A stretch of 62,704 bases of DNA, filler included, from Chrysochromulina tobinii (taxonomy: Eukaryota), in assembly GCA_001275005.1 (NCBI GenBank). It is 6 parts of 6 records of this genome, joined end to end, with 100 filler letters (N's around TTAATTAATTAA, not from the genome) between each part and the next. Parts side by side here need not be neighbours in the genome. Positions count along the whole stretch, not along the records: positions 1 to 11,605 come from JWZX01000895.1; 5 more parts are not named here. One strand, 5' to 3'. Shown one piece after another: positions 1 through 8,922 of the stretch (position 1 is the stretch's first letter; each line of letters begins with the position of its first letter). The translations under genes were made by a program, and so were the position numbers. The notes under the pieces are model-generated. The model was not told the origin of the DNA. It was given only the letters and a program-made list of their open reading frames with translations, and made no database searches.

Positions 1-548
1 GCAGGCCATCGGGCTCGACGAGGGCATTGGGTAATGCGCGCCCGCACGAGGGGATTGCCGAACTCACGTCCACCTTTGGCATTGACTTACCGCCAACTTT
101 TGGGCCCTTCTTCCTGTGAAACGTTTTGTGCAACGTCTGTGAAGTGCCCGTGGGCGCGCGCGGGCGTGAGGTGGGCACTTGTCTCTGATCCACGTGCGCG
201 AACCTCCAAGCGGGTGCCTCGCCATGCCACTCGGATTGCCTCGGCTGTGTGATGTGAACGTTAACACACAGACGCCACAACCGGTTTACCGGTGCTACGG
301 CACTGTTACTGTGTGATGATTGCCTTCACGTTCAACATTCGGCCGACTAGTAATGGGCCAACATTTGTAATACCAATTTCCGGCCTGTCCCAGCATCCCC
401 CCGGCACCCGTCGAGGCACCCGAATTCCTGCGACGGCCGACCAACTGACCGAACGCTGACCGAACAGACCGAACGTGGCGTTCGCAGCCTCTACTCTCTA
501 CCGGCCCGGTCCGCTGGTCGCCTGGTCGAAACGACCTGTCACGGGATC

Positions 549-3500
549 TCAAGACGCCCCAACGGACGCCCCGCGCTCGCGCACCCTTGCGCGTACCTCC
601 TTGATCCACGCGCTCGCCACGCGCAACCGCTCGAGGTCCCGCGAGCGCTCCTTGAGCTGCTGCACGCGTTTCTCATCGGAGCTCATCAGCTCCACCAAAT
701 TAGGGCACTCATCAATGGCGTGGGCGAGGTGCTGGCGCAGTCGCCACTCGACGGTCGCAGTACACACCTGATGAGGGAGGCAATCAGACCCAATTCGTAC
801 TCGCCATCAAGCGCAATCAAGCGCAATCAACTCGACGGTCGCAGGACACACCTCCGCGTGCGTGCCCAGCTGGACGTAGTCGAGCAGCCGCCGTTTCATC
901 ACGTGCCAGTACGCGTACGTCTTCAGCTGCAGCTCGACGAGGGCGTGCTCCTCGGTCGCGGGCTCCTTGGAGCGCTTCGCGTTGATGCCCTGTGCAAACT
1001 TCTTGGCGCTTGCGGGCGCGTCGGCCGACTGCTGCACGATATCGAGGTACGCCTGGCTCGTGGTGTGGGGCTCATTCTCCCAAGCGAGCAGCGTCTCGCC
1101 AATGGCCAAGGCACGCTCGAGGCCCTCGGTGATTGCAATCTGGGCGGCGGGCTCGAGTAGGGCGTGTAGGTTGTGGGGGCGGGCGTAGCAGCTCACCGCC
1201 TCCACTACGGACTCTTCCGTCGCCGCGGAGACCTGACGTACGTGGCCCACGATCAGCCCGTGCAGCGGCGCGAGCAGCTTCCGAAGCACGCCGACGGCGA
1301 CCTCGGAAACGATCTCATTCGGGAGACCGAGCCCGCCACGACGCGCGTCCGCTTCAAGGCGCAGCATGGTCCGAAACTGGCGCGAGCCGAAAAAGTCGTC
1401 CGTGTATAGCGCGTCCATCTCGGCACAGAGCGCCTGGTCGCGCGCATGCAGCTTGGCGCAAAGGAGCATGCGTGGCTGTGCCACGTCGCCGCCGCCCCCG
1501 CCCCCGAAGGGCCACAATCGAGAGAATGGCCAGAGCCCAACACGGCGCCCGATGCTGCCCACGTGGGCGCCGAGTTGGGCGCCCCCAACGCCAACGCCGC
1601 CGCCGCCGCCGCCGCCGCCGCTGGCCGCAGCAGCTCCAACGCCCAACTCGGCGCCGCCCATGTTGGGCTGAGCCCCTGTAGGCGCCCAACTCGGCGCCGC
1701 CCATGTTGGGTGAGCCCCTGTAGGCGCCCAACTCGGCGCCCATGTGCCACTCGTGGTCCAAGGCGCGGCCGGAGCGCTCCGCCTGCAGCCGATGGATGAT
1801 CTTGTCGACGACGAGGGCGGCGGTGGCCTTGGCGGCCTTCAATCGGCAACCACGCGACTCAGAGCCGATGGCGTTCAGATCTCACGAGAGAGGCCATCAG
1901 AGGCCATCAGAGGCCCATCAGAGGCCCTCAGAGGCCATCAGTGGGCCATCGCACCTGGAGCGAGTCAGGCACGGTGCCGATGCGCTCAATCTCGGCACGC
2001 AGCTCGCGCTCGCGCTGCTGTATGCGCGTGGCGATCGCGGGGAGCGACTGCGTAATCCTTCGCTCCTGATGAGGGAGGCAATCATTCCCAATTAGTACTC
2101 GCAATCAAGCGTAATCAATCGCAATCAAGCGTAATCAAGCGTAATCCTTCGCTCCTGGAGCTGTACAAGGCGCTGCCCGAGCTCGGCGACTCCCAATCCA
2201 TAGCCCGCGGCCGCCGCGCCTCGCTGCAGCTCGGGGTGGCCGAGATCTCGCAGCTCGAGCTCACGCGCCGTGCTGAGCGAGAGGCGGCTCTCATTCTCGC
2301 GCTGCGTGCGGTTTCGGACCAGGAAGGTGTGCTGCGGCCGCACATGGAGCTCGTGGATGGCGCTCTGCACCTGCATGCAATGAGGGAGGCAATCAGAGGT
2401 CATCAGAGCTCATCAGAGCTCGTGGATGGCGCTCTGCACCTGCATGCAATGAGGGAGGCAATCAGAGGTCATCAGAGGTCCTTAGAGCTCGTGGATGGCG
2501 CTCTGCACCTGCATGCATGCCAGTGCAGGGGCCATCGGACGCAATTAGGGGCACTAATAATGACCGAAGTCATCAGGGACCATCGGACGCAATTAGGGGC
2601 ACTCAGTGGCAGGAGCTCGTGGATCGCGCTTGGCCGTCGTCAATCAAGCGCAATCAAGCGCAATCAGGGGCACTCAGGGGCACTCAGTGGATCGCGCTTG
2701 GTCGCGCCTCAATCAAGCGCAATCAAAGCTCAATCCAGTCGCAATCAAGTCGCAATCAAGCGCAATCCAGTCGCAATCAAGCGCACCTTGGCCGCGAGTC
2801 GCGCCTCATCGTGCATCTCGTCCACCTTGGTGACGCACCTGATGAGGGAGGCAATCAGATGCACTCACACACCATCCGCGGCCCTCACCCTCGTCCACCG
2901 TGGTGACGCACAGCAGCGTGCGCTCGCCCGAGGGATCGACCTGGCGCGCGAGCTGCAGGCTGCCGCTCGTCGAGAAGTCGACCATGGCGCTGACCTGATG
3001 AAGGAGGCAATCAGACCCAATTAGTACTCGCAATCAAGCGCAATCAAGCGCAATCAAGCGCAATCAAGCGCAATCAAGCGCAATCAAGCGCAATCCAGTC
3101 GACCATGGGGCGCTCACCACGTTGAGGACGATGCAGCTCTCGGGGGCCATGTACTGCAGGCACATCTGCTTGATGCGCTGCTCGAGCTCGGCGTCCGGCA
3201 TCGACTGTCCCGCGACCGCGACGCGCGTGATCCCGGGCAGATCGATCAGATCGAGATCGTCGAGATCGCGCCGGTAGATGCGCAGCGTGATCGGCACGTC
3301 ACTCACGTCCTTGGCCGTGCCTGCGAGCGCAATCAAGTCGCAATCAAGTCGCAATCAAGTCGGAATCAAGTCGCAATCAAGTCGCAATCAAGCGCAAATC
3401 AAGTCGCAATCAGGCCGCCATCAAGCCGCAATCAAGTCCTTGGGCGTGCCTGCGAGCCTCTCGGTCATCTCTTCGACCGCGCGTGAGATTTGGGACAGAT

Positions 3501-4104
3501 CGCCGATGCGCTGCTCCGCGATCTCGGGAGCCGAGATGAAGGCGCACTCGCTCCCGCCGCCCTCGCGAAGGCCGCGCAGCTGCAGAACCAGCGGGCAACG
3601 CGTCTTGATGCCCTCGCCGCGCGGCAGGTCGACAGTCGAGAGCGCCTCGAGCAGCGACGTCTTGCCGTGCGACTGGTCGCCGACGACGACGATGCGCGCC
3701 GTCGAGGCCTGCGCCGCGTCGCTGCTGCGTCCCTGCCGGAGGATCGGCACGACCTCGCGCTCAAGGAAGGCGTTGAGCTCGAGCAGCGGGCGCACATGCT
3801 GCTTGAAGCCACTCAGCAGCGAGGAGGTCGTCACGAGCGGCTCCTCAGGCTGGCTGCTGCTACGGTTGCCGCCGAGCCGCTGCTCGACGAGGTTTCTCAT
3901 GCCGAACGGAGAGGCCGCCGCCTCAGCAGCCGCCGCAGCGGCAGCGCTCGCGGCGGCGGCCACGACGGCAACCGTCGCGCGGAGGCTCCCCGACGCGGCA
4001 GATCTGGCCGTGGCGGCGGTGCGCGTAGCGCCCATGCACCCGCCGCGTCGGATCGCGCCGAGCGGTCGCGTGCAGACGCGGAAGCCGATGGCAACTCGCG
4101 CCAT
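549..4104 (-). CDS. Mx/DRP4-like dynamin-family GTPase, spliced. Exons approx. 4104-3450, 3320-3118, 2994-2912, 2838-2787, 2370-2155, 2065-1955, 1836-852 (one unresolved frame break near 1640-1743) and 767-549
   Basis: After splicing: G1 VVVGDQSHGKTS, G2 IKTRCPL, G3 LIDLPGI, G4 TKVD; middle domain LGQRLVQLQERRITQSLP; GED-like AYWHVMKRRLLDYV. Intron phases are consistent. Start at ATG 4104 (alternative ATG 4035). Confidence 0.9.
768..851 (-). other. GT-AG intron (84 nt) flanked by a 24-bp exon duplication
   Basis: Plus-strand ACTCGACGGTCGCAG(T/G)ACACACCT at 746-769 and 830-853. Filler is TTGATTGCGC units plus the acceptor cassette. Splicing joins the two ORFs in frame. Confidence 0.88.
1837..1954 (-). 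other. GT-AG intron (118 nt) with TGATGGCCTC decamer repeats and no obvious flanking duplication
   Basis: CAG|GTGCGA...TTGAAG|GCC joins DSLQ to AAKATAAL in frame. Confidence 0.75.
2066..2154 (-). other. Probable GA-AG intron (89 nt) flanked by a perfect 19-bp duplication
   Basis: Plus-strand GCGTAATCCTTCGCTCCTG at 2050-2068 and 2139-2157. The intron ends in TGATTGCCTCCCTCATCAG. Removal gives LVQLQ|ERRITQSLP. Confidence 0.75.
2371..2786 (-). other. GT-AG intron (416 nt), microsatellite-rich, with repeated copies of the acceptor plus downstream exon start
   Basis: AAG|GTGCGC...TGCATGCAG|GTGCAG. 69-bp period units start at 2347, 2416 and 2485. Confidence 0.8.
2839..2911 (-). other. GT-AG intron (73 nt) with a 22-bp duplication of the G4 motif codons
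   Basis: Copies at 2817-2838 (encodes CVTKVDE) and 2890-2911 (CVTTVDE). Ends in the acceptor cassette. Confidence 0.9.
2995..3117 (-). other. GT-AG intron (123 nt) with an exon-start duplication and a (TTGATTGCGC)n array
   Basis: The intron starts GTGAGCGCCCCATGGTCGACT and the downstream exon starts GTCAGCGCCATGGTCGACT. The intron ends CTGATTGCCTCCTTCATCAG. Confidence 0.88.
3321..3449 (-). other. GC-AG intron (129 nt) flanked by a 22-bp duplication straddling AG|GC
   Basis: Plus-strand GTCCTTGG(C/G)CGTGCCTGCGAGC at 3307-3328 and 3436-3457. Filler is GACTTGATTGC-type units. Confidence 0.85.
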
Positions 4105-4156
4105 CGCCGACCGAAGGCTCAACCGGTCTGTGAATACCAAGCGCTTTCGAAAAAAA

Positions 4157-5146
4157 TTAACTGCCGATATGAAACCCCGCCGAGAAGAGCTCTGAGAGCA
4201 CGTCCATGCCCAGCAGCACGGGGCGATGCGTATCGAGGCGCGTCAACGCGACGCGCATGGGTCCGAAGGCCACTCCACGAACCTCGAGCTGGACGTTGAT
4301 CACCGTCGCCTGCGCTTGTGCGCCTGGCACGATGCCGCGGAGCGTCACGCTGTCGCCACCGTGCCCCCCCGTCGCTGGGCTGTTAGGCACATGCAAGCCG
4401 AGCGAGATGGCGAAGGCCTCATCGACACACGTGAGGAGCTCGTTGCCCGTGTCGAGCAAGGCGTCAGTCAGTTGCCACGCGCCGCGCCCGTCGAGGACGC
4501 GGATCAGCTCGACCTGCTTGAGAGCGCGCTCCGCGGGCTCGAGGGGCGTGGGCACGTACCGCGGCGGGTCGAACGGCCTGAGCGGTTCGGCGGCGCAGGG
4601 CTGGGCCCGAGCACCGCCCAAGACGGCGCTGGTCTGGGCCCGAGCACCGCCCAAGACGGCGCGTGATGAGGGCGGAGGACGCTGGATGGCAGCGGCGGCG
4701 GAGGAGAGGTCGCCCAAGACGGCGTGTGTTGAGGAGAGGTCCGCTCCACCGCCCGCCCGCGCCGACGCCGGGCTTTCGAAGCGCGCCAGCCGAGCCGCAC
4801 GCACAGCCTCCGCCGCATGACGTGGGCCGACCGGGGCACGCTGGCTGTCCACGCGCGCAAAGCTGACGGCTCCAGCAGCGGCAGTTGGCCTGGATGTTCC
4901 TCTCGCGGGTCCGGCCGCAACGCCAAGTGGACACGCAGCAAGTGGCCGCCAAGTGGCGTTGGCATCAGCAAGTGGCGGTGGCCGTGGTCCTGGCGCCTGC
5001 AAAGAGGCACGAGGCCTAGAAGATGCCGTAGATGCGGGCATCTTGCCTCCGAGCCGTCGGCCGGCCGGGCCGGTAGCCGTGAAAGCGACGTTGCTGCTCG
5101 TCCCCTGCTGCTGCTGAGCGAGCAGGCGCGCGCGCTCCTCAGCCAT
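4157..5146 (-). CDS. Protein with a C-terminal retropepsin-like aspartyl protease domain
   Basis: ALLDTGN catalytic motif and downstream VLLGMDVL motif; low-complexity N-terminus. Start set at MAEERARLL. Confidence 0.7.
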   Translation of the reverse strand: MAEERARLLAQQQQGTSSNVAFTATGPAGRRLGGKMPASTASSRPRASLQAPGPRPPPLADANATWRPLAACPLGVAAGPARGTSRPTAAAGAVSFARVDSQRAPVGPRHAAEAVRAARLARFESPASARAGGGADLSSTHAVLGDLSSAAAAIQRPPPSSRAVLGGARAQTSAVLGGARAQPCAAEPLRPFDPPRYVPTPLEPAERALKQVELIRVLDGRGAWQLTDALLDTGNELLTCVDEAFAISLGLHVPNSPATGGHGGDSVTLRGIVPGAQAQATVINVQLEVRGVAFGPMRVALTRLDTHRPVLLGMDVLSELFSAGFHIGS

Positions 5147-5788
5147 TGGCGTGATGACTGTGTATCCCTGCCTCGGACAGCTCCGGGATGTGTTCGCCAT
5201 GACCCGACTATCTCTTTCTGACGTTTCGTCACAAGATGTCCAAAAAGGGTTTTCAAATTTCTCGGTTTGCATTCGTACGCAAGTAAGCCGACCGTGGGCC
5301 AGGTTCCACGCAAAGGTCCGCTTCAGTTCGTCGACCGCCGCATGCGCTGCGCCGCCAATCACACACACTGCGATCGATATTGTAGAGCCGTGCGCAAAGA
5401 CTGGCTTCGAGCAGATGATGGCGTACACAGACGTGCTGCCGACGCGCGCGCACTACGCGGTCGCAACAGGTGCTGGACCGTCGTCGTGCGCATTGGGATT
5501 CGAGGAGCTGCCAGACGACGCGTTTCCTGATTCTTGAGGGCCTCAATGATTCTTGATGCGAGCTTGCATCCACAGAGGAGCAGGAGGAAAAAGCAGAAAT
5601 GCAGCTTCAAAAGCAGAGATACAGAAGAATCCAGCAACAGAGTTCCAGCCCTTTCAGACGTTCGCCTGCAGCGTGTGCAGCGTGTCTCAGTGCGTATCAA
5701 AAGCGAAAAGCAGAAACACAAAAGCGAGACCAACCAAAAGCCACAACCAATCTGCCACGAGAATGAGGTGTCTGAGGTAAATACGTAA

Positions 5789-5850
5789 ATGCCGCAACCG
5801 TACGAGGTCCTCGGTGTTCCCACGGACGCGAGCCCGGAGGCTCTTTATGA
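5789..5850 (+). pseudogene. J-domain (DnaJ) N-terminal fragment
   Basis: MPQPYEVLGVPTDASPEAL resembles J-domain helix I, but no HPD motif follows. Confidence 0.4.
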
Positions 5851-6898
5851 ACACGGAGCGGCCGCGCATGCAGAAAGCTGCTGGCGACTGCGCAAAAGAA
5901 ACGTGACTGAAACGTTCACGTTCACGTTCACATTAAATACGTGCCTGACAGGGGGGTCACGCACCTGGCGTCGATAAAAAAGGAAATCTGGAATTTGGTC
6001 ACTAACAAGCAAACAAGCTAGTAAACAAGCAAGACCAATCATACTAGCTTTGAAAAGCCGTAACGGCTTTTTATGTGGTCCAAGAGACCTTACACAGGAT
6101 CGCCGCGCGTCCACCCCTCTCACAGCCCGACTCTCGCCGAACGGCGGTCACCATCACGCTCGGCCTCAACGACGAGTTCCAACTTCAAGGATGCTCTCGA
6201 GCTTCTTCTTGAAGACGCAGCATGGGGGCTTCCCCACGCTGCGGTCTCGACAAATCATGAACAACAAGCGAATCTGGAGCCCTGCACGTCCTCCTTACAT
6301 GCTGCTCACATTCGCCGACGCTCATGCAAAGCGCCCGTCCCGAAACCAGCAGATTCCCTATGACGCGCACCGCTCCGCGACTCGCCCCTGCAACGACATC
6401 AGCGCAGCGTACGCCCGAGCTCCGAACCAAATGCGATATGTTTTTCTACTTGACGACGACGTCACGCCATAATTCCGCAAAATCGTTGCAGGATTGCAGA
6501 CCTTGAATTTTGCGGAATCCTGATTGACACCCTGAATCCATTGATTTGTTAACTGACCTCACCCTGCAACCGATATCCGCGCAGGAACTCACTTACTACC
6601 AAGGGACTTACTTGTAACCATCACCGCCCCCCCCCCACATACGGGGTCGGTCACGACGAAGACCACCACGATGCCGTCGCCCTACACGGCGACGCCCCCC
6701 CATCCGGGGGCGGGCCGTGAAACGCATCGGAAAATCCTGTCCCCGGGGTGGATGTTTTCTACAACCTCCCGAACTTCCCCAGGACGGAAAAGGGGGGTTC
6801 GATGTGTCGGGAGGGGGGGGTTAAGGTGTCACCGGGAGTCATCAAGCTGATGAACCCCGGGCCGTATAGGCCGTTTATATACTTGTGGGGGGCTGGGC

Positions 6899-7042
6899 AC
6901 TGAGTTCAAAATCAGGTGGTGGGGATAGTGTGTGAATCCAGAAAGAATACCCTCCCCTACCCGCCGTTTGGGTCAATTACTGAGTTCAAAATCAGGTGGT
7001 GGGGATAGTGTGTGAATCCAGAAAGAATACCCTCCCCTACCC
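6899..7042. repeat. Tandem direct repeat, about 63 bp, period 80
   Basis: ACTGAGTTCAAAATCAGGTGG...CCTCCCCTACCC occurs twice. Confidence 0.9.
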
Positions 7043-7281
7043 CTTTGGGTCAAGTTTGGGTCGAGGTTTTCAGATTTCATGATCATGAAATCATGATTCC
7101 GTTCCATGCTCCGTTCGGAGGCAGCCGCTTCTAGTTCTACCATGATCTACCGGGACGGGATGCAGATCTTGTTTTGGGTTTTGGACTGGTTCGACTGTTA
7201 CGTTAGGGGATTCCAGCACATTCGATTCTGAAAAGTTTGATCTCGAACTCAAGAGACAAATCAGCATAAGTTTCTCGCCGC

Positions 7282-8922
7282 TCAAGCCCCCAACGCCTCG
7301 AGCACGGCATCAAGCGCGCGGCCACCCTGCAGGCTCTTGCAGTCGGCCTTAAGCAGTACCCGCGCGAGCTGCCCAACGGTCATCTTGGCCGCGAGCAGCC
7401 GCGCGACCGCCGCCCCTAGGCCCGTGGCACGCGGGTCGCCGTACGGGAAGTAGAGTATTGTGCGGCCCGCGCGCGAGGCCGCGATCCACTGCAGCAGTGC
7501 CTTGAGCCGCAGATCGCCGCCGAAGACACCGCAGCCCCAGTTGCCCGTTGCAAAGGGTTGACGCGCAGCCCCTGCGGCGCCGGCGCTCGGCGCGCTTCGC
7601 ACACTCGGAGCCGCGACCGATCTCGACGTCGTGGTTCGGGTACGCTTGCGCGCTGCGCCCGTCGTCTCCAGTGCCGTCGCCTCCGGCGCCGTCGCTGCCA
7701 CCGTCGGTGCCACTGTCAGCGCTGCCACAACGGTCGCATTCGTCGCCGTCGGCGAGTGAGTGCCCGTCGCGGGTGGCGGGGCCGCGGCAGGCCAGCCTTC
7801 GGTCGACAATCCCGCCCATAATTTGGTGAGCTCCCGCAGCATCTCCTTGGGCGTGTACTGCGCGCGACGGTCCTCACCCAAATATGGGCGAGCATCAATA
7901 GCGAGCACTGTCGCGCTGCTCGCCGCTGGGTCGGCATACGCGCCCGTGCACTCGAAGCGACTGCCGTATCCCTCGTACGAAGCATACTGCCGAATGCCGC
8001 TGAGCAGGATTGCCTCGTGGTCGCCCATGCGGGGGCACAGCAGCAGCGACACGAGCGCCTCCGGGCAGATAGAGAAGCGAATCTCCTCCTGCACGTTACC
8101 TCCGCACAGCACGCCACCCCCAATGTACTCATTGGCAAAGTCGGCCTGTAAAGCTCCGCGCGCCTCCTCCAGCCCGCCTGTCGCCACGACCTCCATGGGC
8201 AGTAACGGCTGCTCGCATGCCATCCAGCCGGCGGCGGTTAGGGCGGCGGCGCGCTCTGGCTGGAGAACGAGCCGTCGGATCTCAATCGGCTCAGATGCAT
8301 CGGTCTGTGCGGCGCACTGGGCAGCACACTGAGCCGCGTCGGACGTACTGGGCGGCGCGCCCGCTTCCGCACTCTCCGCCGCCTCGCCGCCGTTCAGCTC
8401 CTCGAGGTGGCGGATGCGCAGAAAGTACTGCAGGAGGCAGTGCGCCTTGTGCCCGTCGGCCTCGTCCACCGCCTCGGCGTGCAACCAGGAGCGGACGGTC
8501 AGCCGGTCGGGCATATGCCAGCCGTGATTGGGCTGCTCCGGGAGCGCATCAAAAAAGGCGAGCGCCAGCAGCGACGCCACCTCCATGCGGGTGAGGCTCA
8601 CATAGCCTGCGACCCCCGGCGGCAGGAAAGTGAGCGGTACCCGAGAGTAATCGAAGAGCGATTCCGATCGCAGGGCGAGGCGAGCGATGTACGCGACGAG
8701 AGACCACCACTCATCCTCCTCGTCGAATACCTCCGCGAGAGCGGCGACGCCCTCAAAGGCGCCGTACGACGAAGGGCTGCACTCATCACGCTTGTACCAG
8801 CTTGTGCGCGTGAGGATGTCGACGAGCGCGTCGTTCGAACAGCAATCGCGCACCTCTTCGAGCGCAGACCGTTGCTGCGGCCAGCGCGCCGGGTCGTGCA
8901 GCAGTACGGGCGGGGTAGACGT
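7282..8922 (-). CDS. PARG: Poly(ADP-ribose) glycohydrolase; start codon unresolved
   Basis: ADFANEYIGGGVLCGGNVQEEIRF (GGG-X-QEE signature), ATGNWGCGVFGGD, LQWIAAS. Confidence 0.9.
   Translation of the reverse strand, partial: TSTPPVLLHDPARWPQQRSALEEVRDCCSNDALVDILTRTSWYKRDECSPSSYGAFEGVAALAEVFDEEDEWWSLVAYIARLALRSESLFDYSRVPLTFLPPGVAGYVSLTRMEVASLLALAFFDALPEQPNHGWHMPDRLTVRSWLHAEAVDEADGHKAHCLLQYFLRIRHLEELNGGEAAESAEAGAPPSTSDAAQCAAQCAAQTDASEPIEIRRLVLQPERAAALTAAGWMACEQPLLPMEVVATGGLEEARGALQADFANEYIGGGVLCGGNVQEEIRFSICPEALVSLLLCPRMGDHEAILLSGIRQYASYEGYGSRFECTGAYADPAASSATVLAIDARPYLGEDRRAQYTPKEMLRELTKLWAGLSTEGWPAAAPPPATGTHSPTATNATVVAALTVAPTVAATAPEATALETTGAARKRTRTTTSRSVAAPSVRSAPSAGAAGAARQPFATGNWGCGVFGGDLRLKALLQWIAASRAGRTILYFPYGDPRATGLGAAVARLLAAKMTVGQLARVLLKADCKSLQGGRALDAVLEALGA

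Noticed and set aside
2347..2511. CRISPR-like repeat-spacer pattern
   Set aside because: The intervening sequences are near-identical rather than unique, the repeat is exon-derived, there are no cas genes and the context is eukaryotic.
2236..3024. 262-aa plus-strand ORF with repeated LMREAIR peptides
   Set aside because: Antisense translation of the intron cassette and Mx exons.
3029..3095. Telomeric repeat
   Set aside because: The unit TTGATTGCGC is intragenic and unlike TTAGGG-type repeats; the species' telomere sequence cannot be seen here.
549..4104. Interpreting the Mx locus as a fragmented pseudogene
   Set aside because: Seven breaks resolve as phase-consistent introns with intact GTPase motifs. 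Only one break remains unexplained.
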